This document shows positions 13,219 to 33,146 of a stretch of DNA of 64,000 nucleotides, piece by piece. Below the pieces are notes generated by a model, which made no database searches, was not told where the DNA came from, and saw only the letters and a list, made by a program, of their open reading frames with translations. The DNA lies in assembly GCF_964355755.1 (NCBI RefSeq), contig NC_092678.1:4108422-4172421 (forward strand). Reading direction: 5' to 3'. A program made the position numbers and the translations under genes. Source of the DNA: Antedon mediterranea. Its lineage: Eukaryota > Animalia > Echinodermata. Numbering within the stretch: position 1 is the first letter of the stretch; every line of letters begins with the position of its first letter.

Positions 13219-15184
13219 TTTTGTTTTGTCTTATATTTTTCAACTCTAAATGTTTACTTCAAAATGCAAACAAAAATGCAATACAATTTCTAACTTATTG
13301 TCTGTAGTTTCAATTTACATTATACGATACAGATTCACAAAAATGCTGACAGTATTTTTGCACACTTTATTACTCATCTTCATCACATTCGGACAATATA
13401 AATTAGTTAATACTTTTATGTTTGATTAAAATCTTTTAAGTTACATAAATTTGAAACAAAAATCATGAATAGTGGAAACGTTTAATTTACGAGTACAGTT
13501 GAAAATGTATTAATTTAAAGAAGAGATGATCAATACTCGTCGGTTTTGGTGATAAGTAAGTTTAATTTATATTTTGTTAAAACGGCCGTAATTAAGGGTA
13601 AACTGAACAAAAAAATATTATAAGGAAATAAGTGAAGTACAGAGTTACTAATGATAAATCGGTATATGGTAAACTAAACTACAGTAGGCCGCCATTCTAT
13701 AGAAGTGCATTAGTATTCCAGAACAATGTTGGAAAAATACTGCCCTGATTTCTTCGTTCGTTGTTCCATATTTTCTGTAACTTGCGTACGGCACTTGGCG
13801 CCTAGTTATTGCAAAAGGAATAGCTTATGCTAAGTCGCACTCATAGAATAGCGTGTTAGCAATTGTAGCATATTATGGATGGACATGGTTCCTAATCGAA
13901 TATACTTTAAATTAATATAGCCTTTGTATATAATATTTCTAGTAATGGTTTTGAAGTTTAGTATTAGAAATACTGTATTACAATCTATTTAGCCTTGAAC
14001 ATGTAATTAGTACGTGCAACGGAACACTTTCTCCGTCTATAGACAGCATTTGTAGTTGTTTTACATGACTGCCATGTGTAGCATAAACCTCACTCCCAGA
14101 GCCGGCAGTTATACTGCGCTTACTATATAATTACTGCAGTAATTGTATGTAATAATTTCTATTTTTTTCTATAAATGTCAATATCTCCCATGTTGTATTA
14201 TTATGTGAATTCTTGTCTCGTTTCATAAATCATTCACCTAAAATGTTACAGCAACAGCCCGAAACATGTTGTATGGTTGTCTTAAAGATGACAACGGGAC
14301 ATATGCATTTGTCGGATCTGTAACATTGAACATTACGTATTAAGGTGTGTTAAAAACGCAATATTCACTGTCTTTCGTTTAAACTTGACTAACGATAGAC
14401 TGTCCAATATGTAAACGCATTTCACCATCGGTTACCACATCCGGTAATCCGCTAGATTCGCGAGTGATCGTTCCATAAACAGCGTCCGGATGGTGCCCAG
14501 GCCTACAAGCGTATACACTTCTTTCGGTCATGGCAATATCCGTTGCCACTTGACAGTACATTGGTGCGATAGCATCGTACGATGGGGGTGGAGTCGGAGG
14601 CCTAGTGGCTCTCCTCCAAGCAGCAATCATTGCGAACAGACTACTACTTGACCGCATGAGTGAAGAGGCCTGACTCTGCATTTGTGTACAATCGTTTCTG
14701 GTGTTCACTCGGTTTGTTGAATTATGTGGACAATGTTCTATAACAAAAAAAGAGTTACTAATTTTATAGACCATCATACGGTAGCACAAAGGGATGGGAA
14801 TCACACTTACCACCGTCAAAAGCGGTGGTGCCAACAATGAATTGCCTAACAGTTCACCATCCTGGTGAATCCTATACTAACCTCTTGTACTCCTTGAGGC
14901 ACGGGGGCTTCCTCTTTTAGCAATGCAGCAACAAAACATGATTACAAAAAGAATTCCAAATGCTGTCAACAGGATGATCCACAACTTACTGATGGCTGCA
15001 AAAAATGTTTTTATTTATTTAACAAGAATTGTGTATTCTTTTCATTTTTTCTATTTACACGACAGTGATTTAACCAATGACAAGCGACAGACCGAATAAT
15101 CCATTACTTCTGATTGGTCAAATCACTTACGTTGCGCTTGCGTTATGTATCTAGTAGTACGAACCAAGCATAAAAGATCTCTAA

Positions 15185-15342
15185 AGGCCAATTTACACAG
15201 ACGAGCGGTAACGGAAATAAAAAAAAAGAATCTATGTTATGTTATTGTTATGTTATTTACACAAAGGGTGGAGAGGACGGGTGATTTCCGTTCATGACAG
15301 ATACAGATTCTATGTGGGACAAGCTACGCTGTAAATTGGCTT
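15185..15342. mobile_element. MITE
   Basis: TIR aggccaatttaca...tgtaaattggctt. Confidence 0.55.
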
Positions 15343-17074
15343 TAATAAGAAAGTAATAATTTTGAAAATTAAATTGGGTTTCCTATCTTATATTTTGGCA
15401 CAGTTAAAGTAATTAGTCTATTTATTTTTACCAGCATCTTGTGTGTGTGTATTACCGCTACATGCTAGTGATATTTTGTTAGTGGCTTGTCTAAAATAAG
15501 TTAAAACTGGGTACTGTACTTCTGGGTGTTCCATGAACTTCAGGGTATGTCGGCCAGTATTCATCTGGTAATTCGGGTGGTGCTTCATAATCTACGTATG
15601 AATTGCCTTCAAATTCACAATTTGGTCCATAGAAGTTACCCTCACACATGCAGATGACCCCCATACTCAAGGAAACGTACACGTGACATCGATTCTTTCT
15701 TTCGCAAGGACAGGGATCAAGTGTTCCTGAAAATATATTATAAATATAGTTTTGTGATTTTTTTAGCTGCTGCTTTTTCGTATTTTTTCGACAGTTTTTC
15801 CTACTTTCGTATTTCATTGATTGATGCTTTTGTGAATAGATTGAGTTTTATTTGTTGGTGTTGGTTGATCGGTTGATTGCCTCAGGGTGGTCAAATCGAA
15901 CATACGTGTTCAGGCTACCAATAGGCTAACTGTGTTTTTATGAAGTTAAATTCTCAACATTTATAGGTTGTCAAATTGTTTTGTTGTGTCATAGGTTTTG
16001 CTTGTGTTTCAATTGAGTATTTTATATATCCTTAATGTTCTTGTGTAATCGACAACTCACCTACTTCCTGTGTGTCGCACAGTTTGCCTGTGTACCCCAT
16101 GTGACAGACGCACATGTAACTGCCTTCAGGGTCTGCTATCTTACAAACTCCCTGATTACAGTTCACCTCTCCACAAGCATCTTAAAAAAAGTTTGTATGC
16201 AGAATCATTTTAAGCCGAATGTTCTCTTACTGACGATAGGTTATCATCGGGTCAAATGCACTTAATATTTTTTTCGACACACAGTATACAGTACCAACTT
16301 TTTCATAGTCTCGCTATTCTGCAGAAAATGTTGTGCAAGTGCAAATAAACTGATTCTGGGATGTTATTCAATTCGTTGTTTGTCTGACGACACTAGATTG
16401 TACCTCTAGTAATTAACACATGAGTGTAAATATATTATTTGATTCATAATTTAAACTTACAGAAATGACACTGGCTACCGTAGAAATTGTTAAAACAATG
16501 ACATTCGTTCGTCGATTGGTCGCAAACTCCACCATTACGACAATTTAAACAAGGCTCTAGAGGAAAAGTCGAAATAGTAATCTAATTAGTATTATTGACA
16601 GATACGTCATCGTTTTCTCTTTATGCCTATTGGTATAGTCTTGAAATAATTCATTTTGGATTCTAATAATAGAAGAGAATTTGTCTTTCCATAATCAATT
16701 GTGGCTTACCGTCACAGTATATTTCATCTGATCTATCTGGACAATGGTAGTAAGAATCACAAAGTAGCTTGTTTGGTATGCAGTGAAAGCTGTCTTGACA
16801 GGGATAGTAATCTAGCGGGCAAAAACCACCAACTGAAACACAAACATTACCTGTCATGTTTATTATTATCATAGTCATATAATCGTCCTCATCAACAGCA
16901 TTGTCATCAATTGTGTCACTATCATCAACAGCATCATCATCATTATAACTTCAGTTATTATCGTCTCTATCAATAATCAATATTACTATCAGTTATCGAT
17001 TATCATCAATCGTCATGCATCAATTATTGTATATCGCAATGTTCCAAACATAACAAACATAAACCTCCTCCCTT

Positions 17075-17655
17075 CTCCCACCTTCTCATCCCTGTCCTTT
17101 CTACACCCTCCCATTCATCCCTGCCCTTTCTTACCCTCCCATTCATCCTTGCCCTTTCATACCCTCCCATTCATCCTTGCCCTTTTATACCCTCGCACTC
17201 ATCCTTGCCCTTTCCTACCCTCCCACTCATCCCAGCCATTTCCTCCACTTCCAATCATCCTTGCCCTTTCCTCCACTCCCACTCATCCCAGCCATTTCCT
17301 CCACTTCCAATCATCCTTGCCCTTTCCTCCACTCCCACTCATCCCAGCCATTTCCTCCACTTCCAATAATCCTTGCCCTTTCCTCCACTCCCACTCATCC
17401 CAGCCATTTCCTCCACTTCCAATCATCCTTGCCCTTTCCTACCCTCCCACTCATCCCAGCCATTTCCTCCACTTCCAATCATCCTTGCCCTTTCCTCCAC
17501 TCCCACTCATCCCAGCCATTTCCTCCACTTCCAATCATCCTTGCCCTTTCCTACCCTCCCACTCATCCCAGCCATTTCCTCCACTCCCACTCATCCTTGC
17601 CCTTTCCTACCCTCCCACTCATCCCAGCCCTTTCCTCCACTCCCAATCATCCTAC
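17075..17655. repeat. Pyrimidine-rich minisatellite, 56-bp unit made of two 28-bp subunits
   Basis: catcccagccatttcctccacttccaatcatccttgccctttcctccactcccact repeated; generates spurious Pro-rich ORFs in three frames. Confidence 0.95.
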
Positions 17656-19979
17656 CTGATTTTGATAGAGTACAAAATGCATAGACAAACAACAAATCAA
17701 CTGCTTGGTATAAGCTTAACTCTATCTTAATTTTCACTAATAAAGTAGTTTGCAGCGAGGTGTAGTCAAACGCATTGAGGTTTCCTTGGCGATGCGACGC
17801 TAAAGATGCACTCGCGGACCCGTCATACAAAATTATTTCCACTTTTATATCTGTAATTTAAAAAAAAGTTAAATTTCAGTGGCATATCCAAGGATCTAGG
17901 AGTTTCCTGGACAAAATGTCTCTTTATAATACTTTTTTTTTATCAGACGTTTAGGCTAAACTTTAATAATGGATTGAAAGTTACCGGTAGAATGTGGAAT
18001 AATTCACCCCAATATTAACATTATAATTTTGTATGGTTTTTGTAAACGCATCACTAGTATTCAGGTATCAGTATCACCGTAAATGCCAGAATGATGCATT
18101 AACATCGTTCAATATTTTACAACAATTATCCTTGGTTTAAATAAACAGCCTAAAGCCCCTCAGCCACCTAATGACAGATATCTGAATCTTGTGAACTGCA
18201 ACAAACTAGGCCTACTTATTGGAATTTGTCGACGACGATTTATTCGCCATCGAACACCATTAAAATTATAAGTACACACCTGAGATTGAAATATTCGTTG
18301 TTGCATTAAAATTGAAAAATACTAAATTAGAAGATTGAATGAGTAGCATGACGTCATAGACGCCCGGCCTGTTGAGTGACGTCGACGAGTGACCATCTCC
18401 ATTTGACAGGATATACTCGGACATTACTAGAACAGACAATAACATTTTTGTTAACATTCTTGATATTTCTAAAAACTGATACTGATAGTGTGCTGATTTG
18501 ATGGATACTTGACTTGAATGTTCTACCATGCTACAAACCTTTTGGCTTTTCCAGCCACGAACTATCTTTCGTAAACACATACGTAGCCTGGAACCCTGGT
18601 CGAGTTGTTGATGTTGTGTTAGCCCTTACAACATATCTGATTGTCAGCTTTTTTTCGGTTACACTAAGCGGCGGTGGACGGGATTTAGAGGCAGCACAGT
18701 ATGTTTCAACAATTTCTTCATTAACAGATATCTGTAACGATAAAATCATGATTAATCTTTTGAGTTTTAGAGGTCACCCCTCCGCCGTACTCTTCAAAAC
18801 AAAAGTTTTCGGGAGTTTAGGAGACGTAGTAGCCTCTAACATCGATCTCCAACGTTCTTCTGATTCCTATTTCTTGCCACTATTCATAGTAAAAATTATG
18901 TTTGTAAACGTTGACACAACCTGGGGATGGGGAGGGGGAGAGTTATAGAATCAAAGAATGAATGCCTATACTGCAGTAATTATCGACTTTACCTCTATAT
19001 AGTCGCCATCGCCATGGAGGCAGTTTGTCATCAGTGATTCTTGCACGGATGATCCATATAAAAAGAAATCCGTGAATAGAATCCGAACTGAATGCTTTTT
19101 AGGATTAAAGATATATTCACACACATAGTTGCCAGGTGGTCTTGGCAACGGAAAGCTTGGTGATTTGATATGATGTGTGAACGCACTGGACTGCGTGCTA
19201 GGCCTTGCTGTAAATTGCTCACACTCTGTTTAAATAAAAGATACAGACAAATATATTAAAACTGTTTGATTTACGTTGTGATATATTTGGTTAACTTGAC
19301 TATGTGAACCAGTTTGTATTTGGTTCTCTCTAGCTAACAAAACAGTAGGCCTATTAGGTCTACGCTGTTAAGACAAGTATAATACATTACACGTACTTAA
19401 TAAAAAGTCACAATTTATCTAGGGTTGAATATCTGAAATGCTGTTTGTTTATTAGAATTTCGAAGTACTAATTGTTTTCAAATTACATTCGAAAATGTAA
19501 GTTGATACTTAAGTGTTTGTTCTTGCTGGTACCGTACTAATCTATAACATTAATGAATACCTCGCAGCATATAGCAAGATTTTCCTGCAGCCTTTCATAA
19601 GGTTTCTAGGGACAATAAAGTGTGTCAGAAAACATTCGGTAAGCTGTCACAATACAGCACGGCAATGAGCCCTCAGCAACACGCGCTTGTGGCAGACTAC
19701 GTGATGTAATAAGTGCTGTCAGCCATATATGGTAATGCTGACCAATATTGTTACTAATGTGCAAGAGACTATCGGAACTCAACTGGCACTGATTGGATTT
19801 AAATTGATCAGTATGGTTGATGTGTTTCTGAAAGATTGTAAAGCATTTACACACCTCGAAGCTGATGTCGTTATATTGTTATTTGCAATAATATTTCTTG
19901 GTGATGACGTCATCACTGATAGAAACATACGAAAATTAATTTAATAGGAAGGAGGCTCGCTCCCACCCATCCACTGTGT

Positions 19980-20080
19980 CAAACAAAGCCATATACATGG
20001 CTGCAATCGCGTGCTCAAGTTAGTTTTACCGACCAACCGACCGACATAGTGAGCTGTAGTAAAAATACCGTGTAGTAGAA
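19980..20080 (-). mobile_element. Dispersed repeat, possibly Helentron-associated; second copy at ~63670..63755 (+)
   Basis: Both loci share agctcactatgtcggtcggttggtcggtaaa(c)actaacttgagca. Confidence 0.6.
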
Positions 20081-21823
20081 AACCTCGCTTGCAAACTAGC
20101 CAAATCCATAGTATATTTGTGTTGGTCATTTACGATGTTTACAGTGTGGCTCATGGTGTTTCCTTCTTCTCCTCTGTATCAAGGATCCCCAGCCGAAGTT
20201 TCGATCGTCTCACTAAAATTATATGATTAAAATGAATTTCTACGATTCACCTCTAGGTGACCCTGTTATTCCAAACAATACCTCACTAGCAAATCAATAG
20301 TAGGCTACTCAACAACTGACGCGACTTACTGTTGATTTAAAGTACATTAGTTCAGATATTAGTTCATTTTATTGGAATTGATACATTGTTATTTTAATAA
20401 AGTAATTTATAGAAATTTTGAAACCTTTAATTTAGAGTGTTTATGTATTATATGTATTTATATTTGTACGAAGGATTCACGTTAGTATTTTGTCAAATAT
20501 TATTGATTACTGGTCCTATTATCACAAATATTTCTTTGCATACTTAAGGTCAATAAAATAACAATTCTTTACAACTAATTTTCTCGTATTACATATTTTA
20601 ATTGCTTTCTTTCTCATGGTGATTCACATCGTGTCTGTCTATTGATATAAATCAATGTATTATTCTTATCGAAATAGTAAATACGCTACTTACTGATTGC
20701 TCTGCTGCCGATATTAAGTTGCGCTAGTCCCCAGCGAAATTTGCCGAGTGTGTTCTTAAACGCAGCGTGTCACAAGAACAGTTGTTATCAAAACAACAGA
20801 TCCGTCACAGACTATTGATTCTTTTTCTAAATAGTTGTACTCTGGTTTTACGTCATGATTTGTACAAATTTAAATCAACAAAATCATATTAATTTACAAT
20901 TGCTTTTTTGAGCTTATGCATTATAAATTAAAATAATATTGTTATAAATTATTATAGTTAATATTAATCAAGATAATACGAAATATGGTAAAGCAAAAGC
21001 ATTATGGATGAAAGGTTAAGCCGTTTGGCTTGTGACCACAGAACACTCTTCGAACAGGGTAAGCAATTTTCTTATTGATATAAATATATATATAATATGC
21101 CTACATAATTATGTATGTTAACCTGTCATAAATATATTGTTTATTTTTGTTTTAATGCCTACCAAAGCCAAGTGATGCAGCAGCACATATATACAGAGCA
21201 GAGAATGACAAGAGTCCGACGATCACCGAGGTCATCTCATACTTTAGAAAAATGACCTACAACAATGTCATGTAACAGAAAAAACATCAACCTGAAACTT
21301 TAAAAAAGTAGGTGTATAAATTTATTTATTTCCCGGTATTTATGAAAGTGAATGTATGTATAAGAATATGAGAAGGTGAAACAAAAAGAGAGAGTAGGCC
21401 TTGAATTATTGTCAGTGCTCGGGGAGATGTTTATTGAACAGTGTTATAAAATGTGTAAAATATAAATCAAAATATATAAAAATGATACCCTAATGTCTTA
21501 TTTAGAGAAAAAAAGTAGTGTTATTGTATTATGAATTACTTTAAAAATTGGAGATGAAATGGTACCAAGACAGAAGCTCAAAACGTCATAATTGATTTCA
21601 CCTTTATTATTATAAAATAATCTCTTACCTTGTAATCAGACGAACATTTTCGACCAACTGTTCCCGCTGGTGTCAATTTTAATAATGAAAATCTTTCTCA
21701 TCTCCTCTATCGATCTGAACAACTTCATCATCACATTAATAACGGTGGTCGAATCCTCGTGTAAACACCGTACTTACGCACAGTAACTCTCTCCATACAG
21801 TCTAAAATTGCTTTAAAAATGTT

Positions 21824-21948
21824 AGACTGTAGAGGGGGTGCTTTCTAAAATTGTAAAATACCCCCTCTATAGTATAAATATTCTTTAGGAAATCTTAAAC
21901 TGTAGAGGGGGTATTTTCTAAAAAGTGAAAGTACCCCCTCTACAGTCT
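21824..21948. promoter_or_regulatory. Double-hairpin palindrome just upstream of the DLD start codon
   Basis: Four alternating-orientation copies of a TAGAGGGGGT core; outer arms agactgtagagggggt / accccctctacagtct; ends 27 bp before the DLD ATG. Confidence 0.55.
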
Positions 21949-21975
21949 GGGATTTTTGTAAGAATTTTTCGCAAA

Positions 21976-29990
<8,015 letters not shown>

Positions 29991-30579
29991 ATTATAGCAT
30001 GTTGTTAGTTGGTAACTATAGTAACAAATTACAAGATTTAGATAACTGTATCAAATTATATTATCTTCACAAAACAAGTTTTATGTTCACCATTGTTGAA
30101 TTGTATCTCTGCCACCCTTACACATATATATTTTATACAACTTGAATTTTATTTTAACTTCAATTAATAATTAATCACTTATTTATATCGATATTATTTG
30201 TATTCATAACATGATGCAACACCAATGATTAAGTAAGAATTAGTAAGAATGCCATAGTGTCAATCAAACCTTTAAGCGTGTCTACACACAGTAGGGTTCT
30301 TATTGAGCTTTGAGACGATGGTCAGTCTATGATCTGGATAAAGAACATGCTAGTCTGAAATGCACCTAAAAATCTACACCACTTTCTGTAGAAATTTCCC
30401 CTCCCCAGGTGTTTAATCATTGAATCTGCAGTGTCCTCTTTTTGATCAACAAGTCCGTGTCCCAGGTTTGGTTGCTTCATAGGGTTGTAATATGGTTATT
30501 AAAATTATGAAAAGTTTTGTACAATAAACACTGTTTTAACCCTTTTCAACTCTTTCACCAACAATAATAAATTATTATA

Positions 30580-31020
30580 TGGTATGATTTATACCATATA
30601 TGGAAAGATTTATACCATATAAGGTAAGATTTATACCATATAAGGTACGATTTATACCATATAAGGTACGATTTATACCATATAAGGTAAGATTTATACC
30701 ATATAAGGTAAGATTTATACTATATAAGGTAAGATTTAAACCATATAAGGTACGATTTATACCATATAAGGTAAGATTTATACCATATAAGGTACGATTT
30801 ATACCATATAAGGTAAGATTTATACCATATAAGGTACGATTTGTACCATATAAGGTAAGATTTGTACCATATAAGGTAAGATTTGTACCATATAAGGTAA
30901 GATTTGTACCATATAAGGTAAGATTTATACCATATAAGGTAAGATTTATACCATATTAGGTAAGATTTATACCATATAAGGTAAGATTTGTACCATATAA
31001 GGTAAGATTTATACCATATT
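30580..31020. repeat. 21-bp minisatellite, ~20 copies
   Basis: ataaggtaagatttataccat; explains ORF 30600..30959. Confidence 0.95.
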
Positions 31021-32407
31021 ACTAATATATAATGCTGTGTTAAGTTGTAGCAATGTTCTGCAGATGAAATAAATTATTAATTTCAAAGTCTAAATGTTGT
31101 TTTGTTCAAATTTATTGTTTTAGCTGTTTTCATTATTTTAAACTATCTAAATTTTATTCAGCATTGCAATTTCAAATGTTTTGGCATATTCATTTAAAAC
31201 TGCATTTTTGTGGCATTGGAAAACCATTAAATGTCAGTGTTTTATAAACTACATTTACCTGTTATCCAAGGTACATTTTTAGCACCATAAATTAACAGTT
31301 ACGAACTTGTGATCAACCTCACAATGCAGTAATCTTTTAAACGTAGGACACAAATAAACACAATTGAGATAGACACCCAGATTTGTACCATATAAGGTAA
31401 GATTTGTACCATATAAGGTGAGATTTATACCATATAAGGTACCCCACAATGCAGTAAACTTTTAAACGTAGGACACAAATAAACACAATTGAGATATAGT
31501 TATTTAAATTGTAAACCAATAAAATGGTGTTGTGTGCTACGATGCCAATTGGGCTCCTTGCCAGCAAACTGACATGAGTCTACCTGACAGCTTGACGGAA
31601 CTGTCTTTACACGCAAGTGATTTTACTGCTTTACAATTTAATGAACTATGTCTCAATACTAATCAAAACCAGAGAAACATGTTTTCCCTATTAAACACAA
31701 TTTTTAGATTTCTGAATATTTCTCAAGAGAAGCATTTTTTTTATAAATAAAAAAAAAACCACCAAAAATGTAATGGTTGATTAGCTATAACTTACCACAA
31801 TTTGTCAATTAATATTATTCAATTATTTGTACAAAGTTGTAGGCCCTAACCAAACATTTATTCAATTGTTAGTTAATAATAATTATTGCTTGCATTAAAC
31901 CTTAAAGCTACTACATATACAGTAGTATACTATTTTCATAATTTATTAACCATTTATCCATATACTACAATTTAGTATTTTCAATCAAACTGAATAATTA
32001 GGATATTTCTAATGTTTAACATACATTCTTAAACCTCTCTGGAAAACAAGGCATTTTGGGCCTGCCCAAAGGTTTACTATAAATATAATTTAACGAAAAA
32101 TCAATGAACCTTGAATCGCCCAGCGATACAATGAAATGAAAATGTGATAAAAATATGAACCTTCTGCTTGTTATTCTGAGAGCTTGTGTGCTTGTTGAGG
32201 TTGATTGAACAGCATTTTTCACCTTAGATGAAGTATGCTGGATGATCATTGGAGTTCCAAATTGTCCGCAATTATTACAAAGATCCAATCACTACATTTC
32301 ATCATAACTTATAATATTAGTTAATTTTTAGCCAAGGTAAAGGCCTCTCCGTATTTCTCTATGTTGTGCTGCGTTCATCCAGGATAGCAAATTGCTCTGG
32401 CGACTTT

Positions 32408-32592
32408 GTAATGCTACCATTTTGTGTCTTTTCTTGTCTCCATTCAGTGACATCTTTTGTCATGCTAACATTTTGTGTCGTTGCTTGTCTCCATTATGAT
32501 TCAGTGACATCTTTTGTCATGCTACCATTTTGTGTCGTTGCTTGTCTCCATTCAGCGACATCTTTTGTCATGCTACCATTTTGTGTCGTTGC
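32408..32592. repeat. 51-bp tandem repeat, ~3.5 copies, likely in the IRAK 3' UTR
   Basis: atgctaccattttgtgtcgttgcttgtctccattcagcgacatcttttgtc. Confidence 0.8.
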
Positions 32593-33146
32593 TTTTTTTT
32601 CAAAATATTAGTAACTATAACTACTTTAAAAATAAACAACTGAAAATTTTCTTTTGATACAATAATAATTTTTAATTTAGAAATTTAATAAAGAAATATT
32701 TATCGTAGAGTGGTAAGCCTGCATTAAACTATTTAGCTTTTACTACAGTATGAACAGATGTTCATAACATTTACAAGTTGATATTAAGCAATTGATTACC
32801 ACTACTATGTAGAAATACATGGCATTTGTTTGGACTGCTACAAAACAAATTGTATTATGTTATAGCAGATATACAGTATAAGCTGATTACTCTGTATAAA
32901 CTATAGTCCAAGAACAGGTTCACTTGTGATTGAACCTCCTGAGGCTTCCTTGAACCTCCCAAGTTGATTTACAAAGCTGCCTCTTGACTTTGAGATGGAA
33001 GTCTTTTCCAGTTGTCAGCGAACAAAATCAGATTTTACACGCTCATTAATTTTACAATTATGAGAACAGTAAAATGGTTCGGTAAGTAAGTAAATTGATA
33101 TTTAATTATAATATATTAATAATAATTATAAAACATCATTGTCAAT

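Larger units (their letters stand above)
14379..19225 (-). pseudogene. CUB-CUB-LDLa-EGF-EGF single-pass receptor-like gene with apparent frameshifts; degenerate 5' exons may extend to ~21750
   Basis: Exons: 19225-18993 (CUB: CEQF..IKSPSFP..CEYIF..DYIE); 18731-~18279 (CUB end GFQATY plus second CUB start, frame break at ~18535); 17850-17656; 16832-16710 (LDLa: CIPNKLLCDSYYHCPDRSDE); 16180-16061 (EGF); 15726-~15432 (EGF, frame break at ~15491); 14995-14882 (TM LWIILLTAFGILFVIMFCCC); 14737-14379 (cytoplasmic tail with PPSY). Confidence 0.7.

Noticed and set aside
17149-17730. Three overlapping Pro/His-rich ORFs
   Set aside because: Translation artefacts of a stop-free pyrimidine minisatellite.
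30600-30959. (RFIPYKV)n ORF; likewise ORFs 5831..6061, 26811..27170, 29044..29226 and 36655..36882
   Set aside because: Read-through of tandem repeats, with no splice or homology support.
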